Notes under the pieces: model-generated
What the model was told of the DNA's origin: nothing
Database searches by the model: none
What the model saw: only the letters and a program-made list of their open reading frames with translations
Assembly (NCBI GenBank): GCA_964522165.1
Contig: CAZFVV010000003.1
Coordinates: 6,908-70,907, forward strand
Source of the DNA: an uncultured Calditrichaceae bacterium
Lineage (GTDB): Bacteria > Calditrichota > Calditrichia > RBG-13-44-9 > J075
Direction: 5' to 3'
DNA length: 64,000 nucleotides
Program-made: the position numbers and the translations under genes
In this document: positions 29,973 through 37,885 of the stretch, piece by piece
How the letters are laid out: each line of letters starts with the position of its first letter
How positions within the stretch are numbered: position 1 is the first letter of the stretch

Positions 29973-31592
29973 ATGGAAAAATCGCAAAGTAAACACGCCG
30001 CTTCGCCCTCCTTCGACACCTCCACTCCCTCGCGCCTGGCGGTGAAGATTGCGGCGCTGCTCGGCCTGTCGATGTTCCTGGCCGTGGCGGTCTCCGGAAT
30101 GTTCGTCTATCGCAAGAACCTGGAACTGATCCTGATGAACCTGCAAAACCAGTTGCAATTGGCCGCCAATACCATCGCCATCTCCATCGACGGGGAAATG
30201 TATCAACAATTAACAGGGAAAGAATCCGTAAACACCCCGGAATACCGCCAGATTCGCAAGGTGCTGGAGGAATTCGTCGCCTCTAACCGCCATTTGGGGT
30301 TCGATCCCGAATGCGCCTACACTTTCCGGCGAATTTCGCCGGATTCCCTGGAATTTACCGCCATGCTGCACGACCAGTACGTGGGCAACCGCTACCCGGT
30401 GCGCCCGGAAATGCTGCCCGCGCTGGAGCGAGGGGAACCCGGCTTCACCGGCATTTATGAAGACGAGAACGGCGTGTGGGTCTCCGCTTACGCCCCGATC
30501 TTCAACCGCAGCCGGGAGATTGTGGGCATCGTGGAAGTAGATTTCAAGGATAACGTGTATTTGATGGCCACGAAGAAGGAGATTTACTGGATCATTTTTT
30601 TCGCCCTGTTAGGAATCGGCATGGCGGTGCTGATTGCGCTTTTATTGAACCGCGCCATCGCCCGCCCGATCGTGAACATTTCCCGCGCCGCGGTCCGCTT
30701 CTCCGAAGGCGATTTAGACGTCTCCGTGCCGGTTAGCACCCGCGACGAGATCGGCATGTTGGCGCGGGCTTTCAACTACATGGTTAAAGAGATCAAAGAG
30801 AAAGAAATCATCCGCCGCCAGAACAGGGAGCTGACCGAAGCTTACGCCCGCCTCGACGCCCTGAACCGCTCGTTGCAGGAAGCCAACCGCCTCAAATCCG
30901 AATTTCTGAGCATCGCCGCCCACGATCTGAAAAGCCCCTTGCAGGTGATCGGCGGTTTTGCGGAGCTGATCTCCAATACACCACACCAGCACGCCGAGGT
31001 GTATCGCAACGCGGAGAAAATCCGCAGCGCCGCCCGGCGAATGTTAACCATCATCAATCAACTGTTGGATACCACCGCCATCGAAAGCGGCCGCTTTACC
31101 CTGAACAAGGAGTGGGCCGATCTGGCAGAGTTGGCCCGGGGAGTGGTGGAGCAGAATCGCGCCCTGGCGGAAAGAAAAGAGCAGCGCCTGGCGTTCTCGG
31201 CGGAGAACGGATGCCGGGCGATAGTGGACCCCCGGCGCATCGCCGAAGCGCTCGACAACCTGGTCAATAACGCCATCAAATTCTCTCCCCCCGGGAAAAC
31301 CATCTCCGTGGGGGTACAAAAAGCCCCGGAAAAGGGCGGCACAAACGGCGCAGTGCGCCTTCGCGTCGAAGACCAGGGACCGGGCTTGAGCAAGGAAGAC
31401 CTTAAAAAACTGTTCGGACAATTCACCCGCCTCTCCGCCCAGCCCACCGGGGGGGAATCCTCCACCGGCCTGGGGCTTTCCATTGTCAAACAGATCGTGG
31501 AGCTGCACGGCGGCAGGGTGTGGGCGGAAAGCCGCGGCCGCGGCAAGGGCGCGGCATTTATCGTGGAATTGGGGGGCGGGCATAGCGCATAG
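29973..31592 (+). CDS. sensor histidine kinase (periplasmic sensor, HAMP, HisKA, HATPase_c)
   Basis: ATG at 29973 is in-frame with the longer 29868 ORF but does not overlap the upstream gene; TM1, ~190-aa periplasmic region, TM2, HAMP (RDEIGMLARAFNYM), H-box SIAAHDLKSPL, G-boxes. Confidence 0.8.
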   Translation: MEKSQSKHAASPSFDTSTPSRLAVKIAALLGLSMFLAVAVSGMFVYRKNLELILMNLQNQLQLAANTIAISIDGEMYQQLTGKESVNTPEYRQIRKVLEEFVASNRHLGFDPECAYTFRRISPDSLEFTAMLHDQYVGNRYPVRPEMLPALERGEPGFTGIYEDENGVWVSAYAPIFNRSREIVGIVEVDFKDNVYLMATKKEIYWIIFFALLGIGMAVLIALLLNRAIARPIVNISRAAVRFSEGDLDVSVPVSTRDEIGMLARAFNYMVKEIKEKEIIRRQNRELTEAYARLDALNRSLQEANRLKSEFLSIAAHDLKSPLQVIGGFAELISNTPHQHAEVYRNAEKIRSAARRMLTIINQLLDTTAIESGRFTLNKEWADLAELARGVVEQNRALAERKEQRLAFSAENGCRAIVDPRRIAEALDNLVNNAIKFSPPGKTISVGVQKAPEKGGTNGAVRLRVEDQGPGLSKEDLKKLFGQFTRLSAQPTGGESSTGLGLSIVKQIVELHGGRVWAESRGRGKGAAFIVELGGGHSA

Positions 31593-31633
31593 GGCATAGG
31601 GCATCACGTTTCACGAATTACGTTTCACTTCCC

Positions 31634-32653
31634 ATGAAACTCTGGATCGACAAAACTGTCTGGGCCTCCCCGCGGGCGCAGCGAATCGTTGCCGGGCTGC
31701 ATCCGCCAGACATCCGGCGCATTGCGGTGATCAAACACGGGGCCTTAGGCGACATGCTGCTCACCCGCCCGTTTTTTATCACCCTGCGGGAGTATTTCCC
31801 GGAAGCGCAGCTCACTCTCAGCGCGGCCAGCCATTATTTGAACGGGATTCCGGAAGACCTGATCGACCGGCTGCACGTGGGTTTCGGGAAAAAAGAGCGC
31901 GGCAAATCCTTGCGGGAAACCCTGCAGAACTATAAATCGCTGGGCGCCCAGGACCTGCTCTTCGACCTCACCTCGAACGCCCGCTCCCTGTGGGTGACCC
32001 GGCTCAACCCCGCCCGGCTGAAAATCGGCTTCATCCCTTCCGGCGGCCATCGCCGCTTCTTCAAGCTGATTTACGACGTGGCGGCGCCGCGCACGGAGTA
32101 TAAATTCGAGGCGGAGACCTTTTTAGATCAACTGAACGTGTTGGGATTGCAGCACCGCTGGCCGCTGCGCTTCGATTTGCCGGCGCAGGAGCGCTCGATC
32201 CCTGAAAAATACCTTCTTTACTTCCCCGGCGCTTCGGACGCCTATAAATGCTGGCCGGCAGGGCATTTTATCGACCTGATCGGCAAAATGCTGGAAAGGT
32301 TCGGCGAGTACCGCCAGGTGGTGCTCGGCGGGGTGCAGGAGTGGGAAAAAAAGCGGGCGCAGGAAGTCGCGGCGCCTTTCCAGAATAACCAAAAAGTGAT
32401 TTTACGGGAAGGAGGCCGGGACGCTTTTGCGCTGGTGTCCCACGCGGAATGTTTCATCGGCAACGACACCGGCATTCGCAATTACGCCATTGCCGCGGGG
32501 ATTCCCACGGTGGGGATTTTTTTCTCTACCCTGCCCTTCCGCTACCTGCCCCGCTTCGGCAAACACCGGGCAGTATTCGAGTTGGAAGGCGGCGCGCCGG
32601 CGGTGGAGAAGGTGTACCGCGCGGCCGTAGAAATTCTCGATAAAACCTCTTGA
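31634..32653 (+). CDS. glycosyltransferase family 9 (LPS heptosyltransferase-like)
   Basis: 339 aa; IAVIKHGALGDMLLTRPFFITLREYFPEAQLTL is the GT9 N-terminal signature. Confidence 0.75.
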   Translation: MKLWIDKTVWASPRAQRIVAGLHPPDIRRIAVIKHGALGDMLLTRPFFITLREYFPEAQLTLSAASHYLNGIPEDLIDRLHVGFGKKERGKSLRETLQNYKSLGAQDLLFDLTSNARSLWVTRLNPARLKIGFIPSGGHRRFFKLIYDVAAPRTEYKFEAETFLDQLNVLGLQHRWPLRFDLPAQERSIPEKYLLYFPGASDAYKCWPAGHFIDLIGKMLERFGEYRQVVLGGVQEWEKKRAQEVAAPFQNNQKVILREGGRDAFALVSHAECFIGNDTGIRNYAIAAGIPTVGIFFSTLPFRYLPRFGKHRAVFELEGGAPAVEKVYRAAVEILDKTS

Positions 32654-32779
32654 TCGCCACGCTCCAGCGTGAATTTTCCCTTCGCAGGATGCGCTTCTTT
32701 CTTCTGAGAAGGTTTTGGGGATTATTTCATACGCTAAAGCGTAGCAATCCATATAATGAAGTAATGAGGTTATTGCCCC

Positions 32780-33493
32780 ATGAACCTCCCCTTCAGCCAG
32801 GACGCCGCTTACCGCTTCGATTCCCTCTACCAGTGGTTGAATCGCAAATACCGTCTGGAACAGGTAGAATTATCCATCGCCGGGGAAAGCTATCGCATTT
32901 TTAAGATTCAAAACATCGATGAAGTTTTAGAGCTGGCGCTAAAAGAGTCTGCCCGGCCGGACGAACACGCGCCCTACTGGGCGGAGATCTGGCCTTCCGC
33001 CCTGGCGCTGGCGCAATTCCTCAGCCGCGAGGTCGATCTGGCAGGCAGAGCCGCGCTGGAGTTAGGCTCCGGCCTGGGATTGGCGGGCATTGTCGCGCAC
33101 CGCTGCGGGGCGGAAGTGCTGCTCAGCGACCTGGAAGACGACGCCCTGCGCCTGGCGGAGCTGAACTGGATCATCAATTTCGGGGAACTGCCCGCCATTA
33201 TGCGTTTAGACTGGCGCAATCCCGCGCTGAACCGGCAGTTCGAAACGCTCCTGGCCGCGGACGTGGCCTACGAAAAGCGCCTCTTCTGGCCGCTCATCGA
33301 CGCCTTCGGAAAATTGCTGGCCCCCGGGGGAGAAATCTGGCTGAGCGAGCCTAACCGCCCGGTGGCCGGGGAGTTTTTCGAAATGTTGCAGAAAGAAGGG
33401 TTCGAGTGGGAAAAATTTACCGAAGCGGTGGAATTCGAGCGGCGAAAAGTCGATATTTCGGTGTACCGGATTGATAAAGACCGTAAAATATAA
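32780..33493 (+). CDS. class I SAM-dependent methyltransferase (Methyltransf_16-like)
   Basis: 237 aa; motif I ALELGSGLGLAGIVAHRCGAEVLLSDLEDDAL. Confidence 0.6.
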   Translation: MNLPFSQDAAYRFDSLYQWLNRKYRLEQVELSIAGESYRIFKIQNIDEVLELALKESARPDEHAPYWAEIWPSALALAQFLSREVDLAGRAALELGSGLGLAGIVAHRCGAEVLLSDLEDDALRLAELNWIINFGELPAIMRLDWRNPALNRQFETLLAADVAYEKRLFWPLIDAFGKLLAPGGEIWLSEPNRPVAGEFFEMLQKEGFEWEKFTEAVEFERRKVDISVYRIDKDRKI

Positions 33494-33526
33494 AGACCTC
33501 AAAGGTTTCTAAAACCTTTGAGGTCT
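33494..33526. repeat. REP-like 33-bp perfect palindrome, copy 1 (AGACCTCAAAGGTTT-ctaa-AAACCTTTGAGGTCT)
   Basis: 15-bp perfect stem; starts one base after the methyltransferase stop. Confidence 0.9.
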
Positions 33527-33542
33527 GGACCCGGCGAAGATA

Positions 33543-33575
33543 AGACCTCAAAGGTTTTCAAAACCTTTGAGGTCT
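33543..33575. repeat. REP-like palindrome, copy 2 (preceded by the ccggcgaagata leader also seen at 39385)
   Basis: agacctcaaaggttttcaaaacctttgaggtct. Confidence 0.9.
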
Positions 33576-33596
33576 GAATACCTGGAGCACCCCAAA

Positions 33597-34231
33597 ATGC
33601 AACAACTCGAAAAATTGAAACCGGGAAATTTCTACCATATTTATAACCGCGGCAATAACCGGGAAGACATCTTCTTCGAAGAGAAAAACTACCCCTACTT
33701 TTTAGAACTATACGCCAAACATATAACGCCAGTAGCGGATACATTCGCCTATTGCCTGATGAGAAACCATTTCCACCTATTGGTGAGGATAAAGGCCTCA
33801 AAGGAGATAAAGACCTCAAAGGTTTTGAAAACCTTTGAGGTCTTACCCCCGGGCGAAGAAAAACTTTTTAACTACTCCCAACCATTCTCAAATTTCTTCA
33901 ACGCTTACCAAAAGCGATCAACCGGCAGTATTTCCGTACCGGCAGTTTATTTCAGGCTCGTTTCGGAAGAAATTGGATAGCTTCTCAGGCCATTCTAAAG
34001 CATGTTATTCACTATATTCACCGCAATCCTCAGAAACATGGTTTTGTCACCGATTTTCGGGAGTATCCGCATTCTTCGTATCATACGCTTTTGGCGGATA
34101 AGAATACCAGGCTGAAACGCCGGGAAGTTCTGGAATGGTTTGGAGGCAGGGCGGCGTTTGAGAGGTTCCATATCGAGAACGGCGTTGGAGACGATGATGA
34201 AATACAGAAAATATTTGGCGACGATGAATGA
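33597..34231 (+). pseudogene. IS200/IS605-like Y1 (HUH) transposase, RAYT-like, disrupted
   Basis: MQQLEKLKPGNFYHIYNRGNNREDIFFEEKNYPYFLELYAKHITPVADTFAYCLMRNHFHLLV (HuH motif). A palindrome copy is translated in-frame at 33811-33843. A -1 frameshift at an A-run near 33920 shifts the remainder (AINRQYFRTGSLFQARF...IHYIHRNPQKHGFVTDFREYPHSSYH...) into another frame ending TGA 34229-34231. Confidence 0.65.
33811..33843. repeat. REP-like palindrome, copy 3, inside the transposase reading frame
   Basis: agacctcaaaggttttgaaaacctttgaggtct, preceded by the partial direct repeat aaggcctcaaaggagata. Confidence 0.9.
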
Positions 34232-34238
34232 ATCGAAA

Positions 34239-34271
34239 AGACCTCAAAGGTTTCCGAAACCTTTGAGGTCT
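34239..34271. repeat. REP-like palindrome, copy 4, 25 bp upstream of the DGR target gene
   Basis: agacctcaaaggtttccgaaacctttgaggtct. Confidence 0.9.
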
Positions 34272-34295
34272 ATAGCCTTAAGGAGAGGATGATTT

Positions 34296-37200
34296 ATGAA
34301 CCGCTGGATTAAACTGCTGATCATTATTACCGCCCTGGTGGTTGCCGGGGCCACCACCTCGTATTGGGCTGGGCCGTTAATTCAATTTATCGGGGTGAAC
34401 AGTTCCCTGATCCAGGGAGTTGCCGACGCCGTTCAAACCGTCATCTGGGCAATTGCCGGTATTGTCGCGATTGTAGGATGGATCCGCCGCCCCCGCCCGG
34501 CGCCCTCAGCCGCCTCGCCCGCGCCGCGCGAAGCTCCCATGGAGCTGGAAGCCGAAAACGGTTCGCTGGTTAATACCGGCGAAATCAAAGACAGCACAAT
34601 CGTAACCGGAAAGGAGGCCCGGGTAGTGCATACCGGAACCTATATCGAGAAAGTGGAAACGCAAATCATCAAGGGCGCGCCCAACGTCGATCCCAAAACC
34701 CTGCGCGTCGCCTACCTCAACCGCTTGTTGTACTTCACCCGCGAGCTGTCCCTGGCCGGAATCGATCCCCAGGCGGCCAGCGAGCCGACCGCCGCGCTCA
34801 AATTAGACGCCGTTTATACCGCCCTCCGCACCATGACCCCGGAGGACCAGGAACGCCTGGAGCAGGGCAAAAAAATGGATCGAGAGACCCGCTATCTCTC
34901 CGCGCTGGAACAGTTGAACCGCCGCCAATACCTGGTATTGTTAGGCGACCCCGGCAGCGGCAAAAGCACCTTTGTCAATTTTGTAGCCCTGTGCTTAACC
35001 GGGGAGGGGCTGGGGATGCCGGATGCCAATCTAACTCTCCTTACCGCCCCGTTGCCGGATGAAGAAAAAAAGGAAAAAGAAGCCCCCCGGCCCCAGCCCT
35101 GGAACCACGGGGCGCTGCTGCCGGTGCGGGTGATTTTGCGCGACTTTGCCGCCCGGGGATTGCCGCGTAGCGGCCAAAAAGCCACCGCCGGGCACCTCTG
35201 GAACTTCATCCGCGCGGAGTTAAAAGCCCTCTCGCTTGAAAATTACGCCGATCATCTGCAACAAGAGTTGCTCGATAAAGGCGGGCTAATCTTGCTCGAC
35301 GGGCTGGATGAGGTGCCGGAAGCGCAGCAGCGCCGCATTCAGATCAAACAGGCGGTGGAAGAATTCAAAGCGGTTTACCGTAAATGCCGCATTCTCATCA
35401 CCAGCCGCACCTACGCCTACCAGAAACAGGATTGGCGGCTGCCGGAGTTCCAGGAAACCATCCTGGCGCCCTTTAGCCACGGGCAAATCGAGGCGTTCGT
35501 GGAACACTGGTACGAACACGTGGGGAGCCTGCGGGGATGGCCGGAAGATAAGTACCGCGGCGGGGCGGCGCTGCTCAAACGCGCCATTTCGGGCAGCCAG
35601 CGGTTAGGGGAGCTGGCCGGGCGTCCGCTGTTGCTGACCTTAATGGCCAGCCTGCACGCCTGGCGGGGCGGAACTCTCCCGGAAAAACGCGAAGAACTCT
35701 ACGCCAACGCGGTGGACCTGCTGTTAGACTGGTGGGAAAAACCCAAAATCGTGCGCGACGCGCAAGGCGCGCCGGTGGTCTTGCAGCCCAGCCTTTCGGA
35801 GTGGCTCAACCTGGGCCGCCAGAAAGTGCGCGACCTGCTCAACGAGCTGGCCTATACCGCCCACGCCGCCCAGCCGGAATTGCAGGGCACCGCGGATATT
35901 CCCGAAAGCAAACTGGTGGAAGGCCTCCTGAAGCTCTCCGGCAATCCGGATCTGAAACCGCAGCGGCTGGTGGAATACCTGAGCCAGCGCGCCGGGCTGC
36001 TGCTGCCCCGCGGGGTGGAAGTCTATACCTTTCCCCACCGCACCTTTCAGGAGTACCTGGCGGCCTGTTATTTGACCGACCACGATTTTCCCGATGCGGT
36101 GGCGGAACTGGCCGGCAACGACCCCAATCGCTGGCGGGAAGTGGCGCTGTTAGCCGCCGCCAAAGCCGCCCGCGGCTCCGCTTCCACCATTTGGGGGTTT
36201 ATCGAGGCGTTATGTTACCGCGACTGCGACAATGCCTCCCCCGCGGCAAAGGCGCTGTGGGGCGCGCACCTGGCCGGGCAGGCCCTGCTGGAAATTGTGG
36301 ATACTTCTAAAATCAGCGAACGGAATCAGCCCAAGGTAGAGCGGGTCAAAACCTGGCTGGTTCACCTGCTCTCCCGGGCGGATTTCCCGGCGCTGGAGCG
36401 CGCCGAGGCCGGGCGCAATCTTGCCCGCTTAGGCGACCCCCGCCGGGAAGCGCTGGAAGTTGACGCCCTGCAATTTTGCTGCGTGCCCGCCGGCCCCTTC
36501 TGGATGGGCAGCGAGGAAGCTGACCGGGAAAAGCCCCTGCATTTAAATGAACAGTTGGATAAACCCTGCTGGATTTCTAAATTTCCCATTACCAACGCCC
36601 AGTACCGCCGGTTCGTGGAAGACGGCGGGTATGGGCAGGAAGGGTACTGGCGGGAAGCAAAGGCGGCAAAGGTGTGGCAGGGGGGAAAGATAAAAGCCTG
36701 GAATGACGATACCCCGCGCGAAGCCCCGTTCGATTTCGGCGCGCCTTTCCACCTTCCCAACCACCCGGTGGTGGGAATTACCTGGTACGAAGCCCTGGCC
36801 TTTACCCGCTGGCTGACCGGGCGCTGGCAAAAAAGGGGCTGGCTGCCCCGGGGCGGGATCGTGCGCCTCCCCTCGGAAGCGGAGTGGGAAAAAGCCGCCC
36901 GCGGGGGAGAGAAAATTCCTTCCGCGCCGGTCGTTCGTTCTGTTCAAGAATGGTCAATTGCCAATTGGCAATTCACAATTGGCAATTGGCAATTAAAAAA
37001 TAATCAACGCCGCTATCCCTGGGGCGACGAACCCGATCCCAACCGCGCCAATTACGCCGATACCGGCATCGGCAGTCCCAGCGCGGTGGGCTGCTTTCCC
37101 GCAGAAGAACGCAGGGGCGATTCGCGAATCGCCCCTGCATACGGATGTGAGGAGATGAGCGGGAACGTATGGGAGTGGTGCCAGACCCAATGGCGGGGAA

Positions 37201-37382
37201 ATTACCAAAAACCGGCGAATGAATCGCTGGAGGGGACGTCAGCCCGTGTTGTTCGCGGCGGCGCGTTCGGCAGCCCCGACGGCAGCGTGCGGTGCGCGTA
37301 TCGCATCTACGTCGTTCCCGATTCTCGTAACTACTACCTCGGGTTTCGTGTGTCGCTGTTCCCATTTACCTCTGGTCTCTGA
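34296..37382 (+). CDS. DGR target protein: N-terminal 2-TM segment, NACHT (STAND) NTPase, helical region, C-terminal FGE-sulfatase/C-type-lectin-fold domain carrying the variable repeat
   Basis: 1028 aa; TM helices in residues ~5-60; Walker A LLGDPGSGKSTF; NACHT Walker B LILLDGLDEV; C-terminal FGE-sulfatase family motifs (HPVVGITWYEALAFTRWL, RLPSEAEWEKAARGG, RRYPWGDE, GNVWEWC, RVVRGGAF); the VR occupies the last ~40 codons. Confidence 0.85.
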   Translation: MNRWIKLLIIITALVVAGATTSYWAGPLIQFIGVNSSLIQGVADAVQTVIWAIAGIVAIVGWIRRPRPAPSAASPAPREAPMELEAENGSLVNTGEIKDSTIVTGKEARVVHTGTYIEKVETQIIKGAPNVDPKTLRVAYLNRLLYFTRELSLAGIDPQAASEPTAALKLDAVYTALRTMTPEDQERLEQGKKMDRETRYLSALEQLNRRQYLVLLGDPGSGKSTFVNFVALCLTGEGLGMPDANLTLLTAPLPDEEKKEKEAPRPQPWNHGALLPVRVILRDFAARGLPRSGQKATAGHLWNFIRAELKALSLENYADHLQQELLDKGGLILLDGLDEVPEAQQRRIQIKQAVEEFKAVYRKCRILITSRTYAYQKQDWRLPEFQETILAPFSHGQIEAFVEHWYEHVGSLRGWPEDKYRGGAALLKRAISGSQRLGELAGRPLLLTLMASLHAWRGGTLPEKREELYANAVDLLLDWWEKPKIVRDAQGAPVVLQPSLSEWLNLGRQKVRDLLNELAYTAHAAQPELQGTADIPESKLVEGLLKLSGNPDLKPQRLVEYLSQRAGLLLPRGVEVYTFPHRTFQEYLAACYLTDHDFPDAVAELAGNDPNRWREVALLAAAKAARGSASTIWGFIEALCYRDCDNASPAAKALWGAHLAGQALLEIVDTSKISERNQPKVERVKTWLVHLLSRADFPALERAEAGRNLARLGDPRREALEVDALQFCCVPAGPFWMGSEEADREKPLHLNEQLDKPCWISKFPITNAQYRRFVEDGGYGQEGYWREAKAAKVWQGGKIKAWNDDTPREAPFDFGAPFHLPNHPVVGITWYEALAFTRWLTGRWQKRGWLPRGGIVRLPSEAEWEKAARGGEKIPSAPVVRSVQEWSIANWQFTIGNWQLKNNQRRYPWGDEPDPNRANYADTGIGSPSAVGCFPAEERRGDSRIAPAYGCEEMSGNVWEWCQTQWRGNYQKPANESLEGTSARVVRGGAFGSPDGSVRCAYRIYVVPDSRNYYLGFRVSLFPFTSGL
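36954..36993. repeat. in-frame AT-rich CAATTG-based repeat inserted within the FGE/CLec domain coding sequence
   Basis: caattgccaattggcaattcacaattggcaattggcaatt encodes ...WSIANWQFTIGNWQLKNN... between the conserved RGG and RRYPWGDE motifs; local GC is far below that of the gene. Confidence 0.6.
37241..37361 (+). repeat. DGR variable repeat (VR) at the 3' end of the target gene
   Basis: 121 bp aligns without gaps to 37886-38006; 18 mismatches, 17 of them at positions where the TR has adenine. Confidence 0.85.
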
Positions 37383-37410
37383 AATCTCTGAACTCTGAAA
37401 CTCTGGAAGA

Positions 37411-37460
37411 TTTCATCCCGATTTGCATCCAGGGATGGATGCGTTTTTGTCGGGATGAAA
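37411..37460. other. nested stem-loop (cruciform-prone) about 30 bp downstream of the target gene stop
   Basis: tttcatcccga-ttt-[gcatcc a ggg a tggatgc]-gtttttg-tcgggatgaaa; flanked by direct repeats gaaactctg (37397 and 37457). Confidence 0.55.
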
Positions 37461-37482
37461 CTCTGAAAAAGGAAAAATTTTT

Positions 37483-37827
37483 ATGGCCCAACCCGAGATG
37501 CCTATTTTTGTTCGTACCTTTGATTTTCTAAGCTGGCTGCTGCCGGCAACCAACCATTTTCCCCGGGCGCACCGGCATTCGTTTACTCAACGCCTGTTGG
37601 ACGCCGGGTTCGATTTACGGGAGCATTTGGAGGAAGCCAATCTGCGCAAAGGAAAAGAGAGGTTAGAGCGATTAACCAGCGCCGATGCAGCGTTAGCCAA
37701 AGTACGATTGTATTTGCGCCTGGCGGTTAAGTGGGGATGGTTTTCCCAGGGACAATACGAACACGTCTCCCGCATGGTGGTGGAGATCGGGCGCCTCCTG
37801 GGCGGTTGGAAGAAAGTAACGGTTTAA
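37483..37827 (+). CDS. avd: Avd-like DGR accessory variability determinant (four-helix-bundle protein, 23S rRNA-IVS protein family)
   Basis: 114 aa, basic, all-helical; FDFLSWLLPATNHFPRAHRHSFTQRLLDAGFDLREHLEEAN resembles the four-helix-bundle (Avd) family; lies between target gene and TR as in canonical DGRs. Confidence 0.65.
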   Translation: MAQPEMPIFVRTFDFLSWLLPATNHFPRAHRHSFTQRLLDAGFDLREHLEEANLRKGKERLERLTSADAALAKVRLYLRLAVKWGWFSQGQYEHVSRMVVEIGRLLGGWKKVTV

Positions 37828-37832
37828 GTTTA

Positions 37833-37865
37833 AGACCTCAAAGGTTTCAAAAACCTTTGAGGTCT
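37833..37865. repeat. REP-like palindrome, copy 5, between avd and TR
   Basis: agacctcaaaggtttcaaaaacctttgaggtct. Confidence 0.9.
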
Positions 37866-37885
37866 TAAGGGGCAGGCTCATACGC

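Noticed and set aside
36480-37382. C-terminal domain as a genuine formylglycine-generating enzyme (sulfatase maturation)
   Set aside because: No sulfatase or anaerobic-sulfatase-maturase context, it is fused to a NACHT NTPase, it carries a DGR variable region, and it has an insertion in the fold. This fits the C-type-lectin/FGE-fold ligand-binding domains of DGR targets rather than an enzyme.
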